From Hemiscyllium ocellatum (taxonomy: Eukaryota): 64,000 nucleotides of DNA. Under the pieces are notes generated by a model. It did no database searches. It worked only from the letters and a program-made list of their open reading frames with translations, and was not told the DNA's origin. The stretch covers positions 38,871,966 through 38,935,965 of the forward strand of contig NC_083434.1 of the NCBI RefSeq assembly GCF_020745735.1, written 5' to 3'. Position 1 is the first letter of the stretch. Each line of letters begins with the position of its first letter. The position numbers were made by a program, and so were the translations under genes. Shown here piece after piece: positions 51,428-62,055 of this stretch.

Positions 51428-52448
51428 TGATTTCTTCAGCTTGGCATGAATTGGATAAATCCGCACCACAGTTCACCATGTTCATTATCACAATGGTGCC
51501 CATTGTTGACCTTTCTTACCAGTGTTAGTCTAAGGTACTGATACCATGAGTCCACATGAAATCTCTGGCAGAAGATGGACTCGGTCTTAGTTAAGCAAGA
51601 CATGCTTATTACATATTACTGAGTAACTAGTTACATTATCACTAAGATACACAACAATCTCTTGTGAGACATCAGGCTCCATGGAAGACTGTATACTCAG
51701 ATTGCTAGGTGCTATTAACCATTCCTACACAGCCTTGATGATAAAATCAAAAGCAGAGCAGACATCTGGTTAGCTCTGCCCAGGAGCAGCCCTTTCAGAT
51801 CTAGATGTGCTATTTACACCTGATATCGGTTAATTTATTCAGCTCCTAACTGCCTCATACAACAAACAAGGCTGCACACTCCCAATTTGAGAAACTTCCA
51901 AATCACTCCTTTCTAGATGAAGTGCACTCACACCTTTCTAATGTGTCAAACTAAGCTTCAATGCCTGACTATCTGGATTTCAAAGCCCAGTTGGCCCTTT
52001 TCCTATCCTGCATAAAATCCCACTCACCTCTCTTTTCAGAGTTATCTCCCCCTCAATGTATAGTCCTTCTCCATGAATCAGCTTTTTGATTTAAATTCTA
52101 AAACTTCACCTACAAACCACATCACAGCATATCACACCTGTAAAACATTAACCAATCACAGAGCTCTCCTGAACCCTGCTACTTCAGCTTTGTTGTTCCA
52201 GTTCAGTTCTGCTGTATGTTCCCCTCCCTGGGAAATCCTGCTACGTTAAAGGTGCTCTACAAATCCATCATTGTTGATCTGCTGTCTGCTCAGTCTTTGA
52301 CAGGTTTCTCCTTCCACACATGTGCAGTACGTACCCCCTGATGGCCATTCGTGAGGCTCTGTTACTCCTCTCCACCTGCCCCATCGCACTCCGAGTTGAT
52401 TCACTTCATCAACCTTCTCTATGTCCATACCTGTCCATCCTCTCACCC

Positions 52449-52679
52449 GAGGAGAAAGTGAGGACTGCAGATGCTGGAGATCAGAGCTGAAAAATGTGTT
52501 GCTGGAAAAGCGCAGCAGGTCAGGCAGCATCTAAGGAGCAGGAGAATCGACGTTTCGGGCATAAGTCCTTCTTCAGGAATTTGATTCCTGAAGAAGGGCT
52601 TATGCCCGAAACGTCGATTCTCCTGTTCCTTGGATGCTGCCTGACCTGCTGCGTTTTTCCAGCAACACATTTTTCAGCT
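52449..52679. mobile_element. Palindromic PLE-pLTR mini-element D (both hammerhead cores retained)
   Basis: Inverted arms; 13-bp TSD CATCCTCT(C/T)ACCC (52436-52448 / 52680-52692); plus-strand CTGAAGA at 52588. Confidence 0.87.
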
Positions 52680-53814
52680 CATCCTCTTACCCTGCCCCCT
52701 GGGGTCAGATGGCTGGTTTGCAATCCTTGTGATGCCAACAACATGAGCTAAATTCCTGCATTAGCTGAGGTTACCATTAAGGACTCACATTCTCAACCTC
52801 ACCCCTCGCTGAGGTGTGGTGACCCTCAGGTGAAACCACTACCAGTCATCTCTCTCTAATGTGAGAACAGCCCTGTGGTCTGGTTACCTTCCCCTTGCCG
52901 ACACCAAGTTACACCATTTCTGCAAAATATCCTCTCTCTCAGAAACAAAGGCTGGCAAATGATGTGCAGGTTAGGTGGATTGGACATCCTAAATTGCTCA
53001 TAGTGTGCAGGCTGGGTGGATTAGCCATGGGAGTTGCAGGGTTAGAGGGATACAGTAGGTGGAGTAGGTCTGGGTGGGATGGTCTTTGGAGGGTCAGTAT
53101 AGACTCGATGAACTGAATGGCCCACTCCTACACTATAGGGATTCTAAATACACCCAGTTCAAGCCTTCACTCTGTTCAGAATCAATCTTAGGGTCTTGTT
53201 GCCACTAAGGATCTGTCTCACTGACAGCAGCAGCTCATCATTTAATCACTACTTTTCCCCTTCTTACACTTTACTGTCCTCTCTCTTTTACCGAAGATCC
53301 CTTTGTGATGCATTCAAACTGCGATTTGATTTTTAAATGAACTAATTTTGCTCAATTAGTTTGCCTCTCTAACCTTTGTGGCTTTGATTGTCTGCGGAAC
53401 TTCTCTATAAACTGATTTCATGTTCTTGCCTCTGTACCTCCTGCTCCCATCCCATTGTTGAATCAAGCCCAAATCTTGACGTTTCCCTTGTGGAAGATTA
53501 GTGTTTGATTCACCTCTTGGATTGGGATCCTTGGCAAGTTACAATGCTGCGATGGTTTGTTTTCAATTTAATGGCTCTTTGTGAGCAAATATAACTGACC
53601 CACTGTTGTGTTTCTTACCCAAGTGGGGATATATCTTGGGGAGGGTGGTGTAGGCAAGGGGATCTAATAGCCAGAACTATGAGGTAGAGATCTGGAATGA
53701 TTCCTCTTTGGATGTGTTGACTGGACATAAGGTTTCAATTACTTTTTTTTTCCTGCAGTTTCTTGAATAAGTCAGGGCAGGACTGTTGCCTTACTTCCAA
53801 TTGCCTCTGACACC

Positions 53815-53923
53815 ATGGAGCTGAGAGCAATTCCCCTCGTACTCCTGGTTCTGTGTCTCCTGCAGATGACCCATGAACAGGCAGTCAGAAACAAACCGAG
53901 GAAGAATGGGGCTGCAAAGAAAG
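53815..53923 (+). CDS. CLEC3B: CLEC3B coding exon 1 (signal peptide, basic region)
   Basis: Kozak ACCATGG; MELRAIPLVLLVLCLLQMTHEQAVRNKPRKNGAAKK; donor AAG|GTAAGC. Confidence 0.9.
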
Positions 53924-56900
53924 GTAAGCTGGGTCCCTCTCCTTTAAAAGTCAGATGGGGTTTACTCCAGTGCCAGCCAGGGGTTAAAGGACCCAAGGTC
54001 TGTGCTTACCTCCACTGAGGAGGTAACACGGACAGCAATGAGCCCTGTCTGCTGATTGTCAAGGTGCAGGAGTTGTGAAACTGTGATGCCCACCAGTGTC
54101 AAATAGCAGGCATTTCAACACAGCCAGTGAGGGAGGTGAGCTTCAGGAAGGGACTGGACAGAGGGAGTGTTACAGGGCTGCAGCATGCATCATTATTCCA
54201 GAAAGGAGGAGGAGTGGAGAAATAAGTGTGGAGTGAGTAGAACTGAAGATACATGTTAAAATACTGTCTGACAACATTTCACATCTTCACCTCTTTTTTA
54301 TGGAATCAGGAAATTATGGAATCAGAATTTGTTGGCAGTGGTTAGGCTTCCCACTGCTTAAAGGTCTGTAATCTCACTAGACATTACAAACAAATCTGTT
54401 TATTTGAATTGCAAACTGTGCAGATATGTGGTTTATGTAATAGTTGTGGTTATGCCACGAGGTACTATTTTTGATTTCTCATTAATCACTGTCACTTGTC
54501 CTCAATTAAGAAGTAATATAATCTTTCTGATACACGGACAAAGTTAAAATTCACACAACACCAAGTTATAGACCAACGGGTTTATTTGGAAGCACAAACT
54601 TTTGGAGTGTTGCTCCTTTGTCAGGTAGCTAGTGGAATGGGGTCATAGGACACAGAATTTATCGCAAAAGACCATAGAGTCATACACTGATGCGATATAT
54701 GGAACAAACCTAAATTGCTGTTAAAACTTTCACCTTTTAGAATGGGTTGCAGGTTTCGATTCATTCAAATCACTGGCACTTCCAAATAAACCTGTTGGAC
54801 TATAATGTGGTGTCGTGTGATTTTTAACTTTGTCTACCCCAGCCCAACACCAGCACCTCCACATCTGTGAAATGTTGCAGGAAAGTGGTTATGGCAGTGC
54901 CCATTGATCACAGAGTTTACTTCTGGCAGGATAATTGAGACACTGAAGATGTGGAATCTTGCACTTCAACCTGCAAGAGCAACCAAGAACTTAGCATCAC
55001 GTCTGAAAAATCCCACCCCAGAAAATGCAGCACTCCCTCAGTAACGTAACAGGAGAGACCACCGAGATTGTGTGCACAAGTCAGTGGAGTGGGACTTGAA
55101 CCCAGAATCTTCTGATTCAGAGGAGGTTGCGGGTCCTTCACTGAGATGGAACATAATAATAGAGTGGGGTCATTATAATTGAGCAGAATGACTTCCCTGT
55201 TATTCAGGATGCAACCCTGTTAGTCACTGGTAATACAGAGGTTTGTAGAGAAACCACATACAGTTGACTTCATGAGATACTCTGACTGCAAACACTGAGA
55301 GATATAATACACTACTGCAAAGAGGGATATAGATCTATGTTTCTCGATTTGCACTCATCAGGACACAATACAAGAATGCCAAATTTCTACAGTTTACACC
55401 ATAGGAGAAAAAGGTGCTGATTTGTTGGCACCTTGACTCTGAATAGCCAAGACATTGCCATGGAGAAAACATAGCGGAACTAAAGGCTTCCCAAACTCCC
55501 ATGTTTTTCAAAGAAGAATACAAGGCTTGAACATATTCCTTTTGTTTGCAGAGAATGGGTCATTGCATCTGAATGTGTGCCATTTCAAGTAGGTTTAAAT
55601 GACTCGCTTAATTAAACTTTTTGGAATTGCCCTGGAGCTTGCTGAAGCTATATTTGTGGTTGCTTTCTTTGCAGCAACATTTCATCCATTAAGAGTCAAC
55701 TTGACAACTAATCAGCACCCTTTTGTCATGTAGCATAAATTGTGATCATTTGCAATTTGAAATTCTTGTGTTTGGTCCTGATGTGTGTAAGTTGAAGAGC
55801 TTCAGCAGCATGTCCCTTTTATCAGAAACCCTGCTACTCTTTAAAATAGTGCCTTGGGATCTTGAACAACTACCTAATAGAGAAGACATGTCCCTGGTTT
55901 AATGTCTCATCAAAAAGACAGCAGCTCTGACTGTGCAGCACTCCCTCAGTACCGCACAGGAGTGTTAGGCTTAGCTATTGTGCTTAAGTTTCTAGATGTA
56001 TGTGAGTAAAGGATGGAGGGTATCAGTACAATAAGGGCTGTCATTGGCTGTATTTCTGCTACAAACAATGGAGTTTATTAATGTATGATTGACTAGATTT
56101 CCAAGCCAAGAATGTCAGAAATAAGGGCATTTGCTTGGAGTGTGGCAATCTATTTCCATTGGTGCCCTTGCCGTGTGACTGGCTACAGCATGCCTTCCCA
56201 AAGTAAGGTCAAAGATCGTGATGCCTGCCAAGTCAAATAGCTGCCAGCGTACAGCTGAGTGCATCTCTTTGTGCTGGGAATGCAAGATTCATTAAGGGAC
56301 TGAGAATGGATGTAATGGGTGAGGGGAGTGTTTGATGATGCATGGCTAGTATGCTGTGAAAGTGAAATTCTGGTACAATGCATCATTGAAGTCGGAACAG
56401 AGAGAGAACCAGGAAGGGAGGAGGTGGAACCTAATGCTAGCTAACACATTCACAGAGAACGGAATTATAACAGATAGTGAGCAGGAACCAGTGTCGAATC
56501 CTCTATCTGTGACTAAACCTATTTTAAATAATTGAATAAAACAATTATCCTGAGTTATATTGGTGAATCATAGTCATCTTCTTAGTCAACGTAAATTAAA
56601 AAATTATTAGTGACAGAATATACAGGTTGCCAAAGTTTTCAGACTTGTGTTCATCAGGTCAAATGCAAGATGGCCATGGTTTTCAATGCCAGTGTGATGT
56701 CAGGTGTGTAGCTAATGTTCCAACGATTGACTGACCAAACACAGGAAAATATTTGTTCCATTGTGGGCAGAGTACAGCCAACCGATGGTGCCTACAAAAC
56801 TTAGAGCTATTAGATGGGATTCCACAATTGGGCACCACTCGCTTAACAATCCCAAGTGTGCCAGCATTGACAACCAATTAAAATAACCTGTTAGCTCATC

Positions 56901-59900
56901 AAGTGTCTTATTTATGCATCAGAGAAACAATATACCTTCCTGTGCAGCCTCGTACCTTTGGGAATTACCCATGAGGCTTTTGGGACTTATAGTTTTTCCA
57001 TTCGTTTATCCATGGCAACATCTCAACCAATCAGAATGACCAACTGACACCTTTTACATCCTTAGCATAAATTATTGTCATCATTTGATTCTTGCATTCT
57101 TGCATTTGTCCTGATGACTGCAAAATGAAAAGATTTGGCAAAATGTTACTCTTGTCAGTGATATTCACCCCTCCACAACCAAACTGATATAAATAGCCAA
57201 TGTCTTTGATCCCCACTCCCCGTCGGTATTTATAGGTTGATTTTCTACACACCCAACCTTTTGCAGCATGACCACTCACTTCATATCCTTCACCTTTGGA
57301 CAGCGATGGTGACGCTAAGTATGATCGAAGACATCAAGGATCAGATTGCTCAGATCATTAACGAGGTGAACGTACTGAAGGAGAAACAGGCACTGCAGAC
57401 AGGTAAGGGGGAGTGGGCCGTGATGGTGCTGGGGGTGAACTAAACAAGTGGGGAAGTCTCCTTACGTTTGTAAGACTGTACCTGGTGTACTCTGTACAGG
57501 TTGGTCTCCTTACTGAAAGAGGGTTAATACTTGCACTGGAAACAGTTCATCCTGGAATGGAAGGGGTTGCTTCATGAGGAAAGGTTGGGTGGGTTGGGCT
57601 GATACTCACTTGGAGAGGTGACGTTACTGAACGATGAGATTCTGAGGAGGCTTGAAGGGGTAGCTGCTCAGATAATGCTTCCTTTTGGGGAGGGTATGGG
57701 GCAGTTTCAAAATAAGGAGTCCACTATAGACGGCAAAAATAAGCGGGACTTTCTTGTCTCATTAATCTTTGAAATAGTCTCTGTCAGTGAGTAGTGGAGG
57801 CTGCGTCATTGACTATGTTCAAGGCGGAATTATATTAGTATTGATTGAGACGGGAGTCAAGGCTGATAGGGGATAGGCAGAGACTTAAGGCTGAGACCAC
57901 AGCCAGATGAGCGAGGAACATATTGAAAGGTGAACATAGAACATAGAATATAGAAAAGTACAGCACAGAACAGGATCTTTGGCCCATGATGTTGTGCCAG
58001 GGATTAATCCTAATGTAAAATAAAATAACTATGCACCCTCTAATGCCTGAACACCGCACCCCACCTTTCTTATAGATACAGATGAATCTCGATTATCTGG
58101 CATTCAATTAACTGAATTTCAGATTATCTGAACAAGATCACAAGGTCCCGATGTTTGGCTAACTGTGTTATCTGGCATTGATTATCCAGCATTCGACTAA
58201 CCGAACGAAATACTCACTGCCCATGTCCTTCGGATAATCAAGGTTCCTCTGTACATAAAAAATAGGAGCAGCGATAGGCCATTCAGCCCTTCGAGCCTGC
58301 TCGGCCATTCATTATGATCCTCGCTGACCATCCAACTCAACAATCTGTTCCTGCTTTTCCCCCTTATATTTTGATCCTTTTAACCCCCCAAGTGCTATCT
58401 CCAACTCCTTCTCGAAAACATTCAGTGATTTGGCCTCCGCTGCTCTCTGTGGTGGTCAATTCCACAGCTTCCCCACTCTCTGGGTGAAGACATTTCCCCT
58501 CATCTCAGACCTAAATGATTTATCCTGAATCCTGAGACTGGAACCTCTGGTTTTGGACTCCCCAGTCATCAGGAACATGGACTGAGTGAGATCCCACCTT
58601 GGATCCTTACTTGGTCACAGACTATCTCCTTTGGTGGCACGGCAGTATTATACATTCTTCAAACTCCAGTGAGGATCCAAGATTTGGCTTTACTCAGGCT
58701 ACTGATGGAGAGTAGAAGAACCAGGGATGTTCAAAGAATGTAAGAGACAGGAGCCAGGGTCCACTATCTGACCATTGAGCCTGTTCTGCTAGTCACTAAG
58801 TCATGGCTTACATCATTGTGGCCTTAACTCCACATTCCTGCCTGACCCTGATCATCTCTCTTGTCAATCAAAAATCTGTCTAATTTGTCCTTGAAAGTGT
58901 TCAATGACCCAGCCGCCACTGCTCAGGGTAAGAGATTTCCAAACACGCAGAGAGAAAAAAAACACAATTTACCTCAGCTCTGTTTTAAATGGGAGAACCT
59001 CTGTTTTGAAATGGTGCCCTTCGTTCCAGAACGAGAGAGATCCTCTCAGTATCTATCCTGTCAAAGCCCTTCAAGATCTTATATGTTCGATACAATGTCT
59101 CTGAGTCACTGGCTGGGTATATTCAATGTGGTCCCCTTATGGTTATGGAGGGGTAACAACTTGGACTCAAATATCACGTATGACAAATGATGAAACCGAA
59201 TAATAATAATTTTAATAACTTGTGAAGTGACACAGAGAAGCAAAGAAGAAAATGACTGGATTGTTATAAAAACTCAACCTGGTTGATAAAAGCAGGTGGT
59301 GGCCTAGTGGTATTATCACTAAACGGCTGATCAAGAGATTCCCCAGACAATATTTTGGGGACCTGGGTTTGAATCCTGCCATGGCAGATGTTGGAATTTG
59401 AAACTAATTAAAAAATTCTGGCATTAAGATTCTCATGTTGATTGTTGACCACATTGAAACCCACCTGGTTCACTGAGGTCCCTTTAGGGAAGGCAACTGC
59501 CTTACCTGGGCTAGATTACATACAAGGAGAAAGGGCAGATGCTGCAGATCAGAGTCAAGAGTGCGGCACTGGAAAAGCACAGCAGGTCAGGCAGCATCCG
59601 AGGAGCAGGAGAATCAGCGTTTCAGGCATAAGCCCTTCATCATCATTCCTGATGAAGGACTTATGCCCGAAACATCGATTCTCCTGCTCCCTCAGATGCT
59701 GCCTGACCTGCTGTGCTTTTCCAGCACCACACTCTCGACCTAGATTATATGTGACTTCTGTCCCACGGCAATGCAGTTGACTGTTAACTGGCCTCTGGGC
59801 AATTAGGGACAGGTAATAAATACTAGTGATGCCCACAATCTGTGAATGACTAGGAAAAATGAAGGGAGGCTAACGTCCCAGGCTGATGATGGAATTTGAA

Positions 59901-60655
59901 TTTGATAAAAATCTGGAATTAAGATTCTATTGACGACCATGTCGAACCATTGTTGATTGTTGGAAAGCCCCATCTGGTTCATTCATGTCCTATAGGGAAG
60001 AAAAATGTTATCCTTACCCAGTCTAGCCCACATATGAATGCAATCTCAGATGATGGCGTTGACTTAATGATGACTAAAGCAACTAGACATGGTACAATAT
60101 CTATTTAATGGTTTACTGGTGTTGGGTGCATCTTAAGAAGAAGCTACACAAGCCTTCCTTCCAAAGTAAACCCAACAACATCCACATTAGCTAATGTTGG
60201 GGAAGCGAGTCATTGCATTATCACTAACCCATCCCACATCCCATGTTCTCTGTCCAGTGTGCCTGAGAGGGCTCAAGGTTTACCGTAAGTGCTTCCTCCT
60301 CATGGACGGACAAAATAACTTCCATGAAGCGGCTGACGATTGCATCATGCATGGGGGCATCCTCGGCGTGCCACACAACCACCACGAGAACAATGAGCTG
60401 TACAACTACGCCAAGACGACCCTGGGGGACGGGCATGACATCTGGGTTGGCATCACTGACATCGCAACTGAGGGAGACTGGGTGGATGTGTCTGGAAAGG
60501 CCACCAACTACACCAACTGGGAGACCATTCGCCGCCAACCCGATGGTGGCACAAGGGCCAACTGTGTGGCAATGTCAGGCCCGGCTAACGGCAGGTGGTT
60601 TGACGACGCCTGTGCGCGCCAGAAAAATTACTTCTGTCAATTTAACATTCTTTAA
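53815..60655 (+). CDS. CLEC3B: Tetranectin (C-type lectin domain family 3 member B), 201 aa: join(53815..53923,57304..57402,60258..60655)
   Basis: Signal peptide + basic segment (exon 1), coiled-coil ending LKEKQALQT (exon 2), CTLD with six Cys, WVG, QPDGG, WFD (exon 3). 109+99+398 = 606 nt with phase-1 GT-AG introns. Located downstream of EXOSC7 as in other vertebrates. Confidence 0.93.
54538..54865. mobile_element. Third-family pLTR inverted pair with spacer, in CLEC3B intron 1
   Basis: ACAAAGTTAAAATTCACACAACACC..TTTATTTGGAAG inverted against CTTCCAAATAAA..GTGTGATTTTTAACTTTGT. Confidence 0.7.
55845..55995 (-). mobile_element. Deu-domain SINE remnant (AmnSINE1/SacSINE1-like); second copy at ~55020-55145
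   Basis: Minus strand GTACTGAGGGAGTGCTGCAC..GCTGTCTTTT.GATGAGACATTAAACC, recognised from memory of the Deu-domain consensus. Confidence 0.55.
57304..57402 (+). CDS. CLEC3B: CLEC3B coding exon 2 (trimerising coiled coil)
   Basis: MVTLSMIEDIKDQIAQIINEVNVLKEKQALQT; CAG acceptor, GTAAGG donor. Confidence 0.93.
58079..58251. mobile_element. 173-bp MITE, Tc1/mariner(pogo)-like
   Basis: TA TSDs; TIRs CAGATGAATCTCGATTATCTG / CGGATAATCAAGGTTCCTCTG; internal GATTATCYG repeats. Confidence 0.8.
59295..59840 (+). mobile_element. Second tRNA-derived SINE family, interrupted by mini-element E
   Basis: GGTGGCCTAGTGG A box, GGGTTTGAATCC B box; related pieces at ~3355-3720, ~22680-22985, ~49478-49660 (-) and ~59885-60070 (+). 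Confidence 0.65.
59522..59739. mobile_element. Palindromic PLE-pLTR mini-element E
   Basis: Inverted arms; 11-bp TSD CTAGATTA(C/T)AT (59511-59521 / 59740-59750). Confidence 0.82.
60258..60655 (+). CDS. CLEC3B: CLEC3B coding exon 3 (C-type lectin domain)
   Basis: VCLRGLKVYRKCFL...QPDGGTRANC...GRWFDDAC...YFCQFNIL*. Confidence 0.95.
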
Positions 60656-61239
60656 TAGCTGCAGAGTTTCACCTCACGTATAGCCTGACTGGTTTAGTCT
60701 CGCTACGGGTGCTTTAGGGGTTTTTGTTTCAGTGATGATATCTTGCGAGCAGTACAGGTACAAAGTGATTCTCATTGACCCAGGTTGACTGTCCTCTTCA
60801 TTCCTCAACATTCTGTCCATTCAGGACTGTGTCTGTTTCGGAGATGGTAAACCAAGGTAACCACCATGATGCCAGGATGCCACCAATCCTGGACCCACAT
60901 GAATACCACAGGCCATACGGATAAAACCCAGTAGAACACCCCTTCTCCCCTGCCCTTGTCTTTCTCTGTGCAGTACAGTGAACTTCAGGAGCTGAGCAGA
61001 GTAGGGGAGGCTGGAAGGGGCGGTTAGGTTGGTCAAACCACCCCACCCCCATCATCTCTCTCCATGCCAGGCTGCTTCGACACTGAAGCACAGGTACACC
61101 TGGTTGTACTGCCCTTGTTGTGGTTTATTTGCTAACTCAGCTGTGCAGGAATTCATAGCTTGCTTGGCTCTGTGGCTAGTCCAGGTTTCTTGCCATGCCC
61201 GTTGTAAACACAGTAATGCATGCTACTGTTGTGACCTGA

Positions 61240-61245
61240 AATAAA
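61240..61245 (+). terminator. Probable CLEC3B polyadenylation signal
   Basis: First AATAAA seen after the stop (~585 nt downstream), followed by GT-rich sequence. Confidence 0.65.
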
Positions 61246-61296
61246 ACCATTCATTCAAAGACAAAGGAAGTTGCTGTATTGTATTTCCATCCAACT

Positions 61297-61526
61297 GAGT
61301 GTGAGTGAGTGTGTGTATGTATGTAAGTGCATATGAATGTGTGCCTGTGTATGTTTGTGTGTGAATGCGTGTGAGAGCATATGTGTGTAAGATTACGTGT
61401 GAGTATGTCTTGATTTGTGTATATGTGATTTTTAACTTTGTATACCTCAGTCCAACACCGACATCTCCAAATTATGTCTATGTGTGTGTTCATGTGTATG
61501 TGTGAGTGTGTAAGAGTGTGTTTACG
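61297..61526 (+). repeat. Degenerate (TG)n microsatellite abutting the gap
   Basis: GTGTGTATGT-type low complexity. Confidence 0.85.
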
Positions 61527-61793
61527 NNNNNNNNNNNNNNNNNNNNNNNNNNNNNNNNNNNNNNNNNNNNNNNNNNNNNNNNNNNNNNNNNNNNNNNNNN
61601 NNNNNNNNNNNNNNNNNNNNNNNNNNNNNNNNNNNNNNNNNNNNNNNNNNNNNNNNNNNNNNNNNNNNNNNNNNNNNNNNNNNNNNNNNNNNNNNNNNNN
61701 NNNNNNNNNNNNNNNNNNNNNNNNNNNNNNNNNNNNNNNNNNNNNNNNNNNNNNNNNNNNNNNNNNNNNNNNNNNNNNNNNNNNNNNNNNNNN
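61527..61793. other. Assembly gap (267 N)
   Basis: Run of N. Confidence 1.
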
Positions 61794-62029
61794 AGTTGTC
61801 ATTCCTGCAGCTGGAGGTGCATCATTTAATCCTGCCTCATCACCACCCCCATCTCCGGCACGGTCTTGAACACAAACTCTGCCCCTTGCCTCACGGACAT
61901 ACTCTCTCTCTCTCTCTCTGAAATCTGAATTTACTTCAGGAACTACACATATTATGTCACATGTTTGCTCAAAACCTCGTGAGGGGTTTCCTCAGCTTCA
62001 GCTACTATTACAGTTTATTGAAGGTTGCA

Positions 62030-62055
62030 TTATTATTATTATTATTATTATTATT
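62030..62055 (+). repeat. (TAT)n microsatellite
   Basis: TATTATTATT... Confidence 0.9.

Noticed and set aside
53815-60655. Assignment as CLEC3A
   Set aside because: MEL- N-terminus, QPD/WFD motifs, exon sizes and position next to EXOSC7 fit CLEC3B better.
61251-61869. ORFs spanning X runs
   Set aside because: Artefacts of the N gap and the TG microsatellite.
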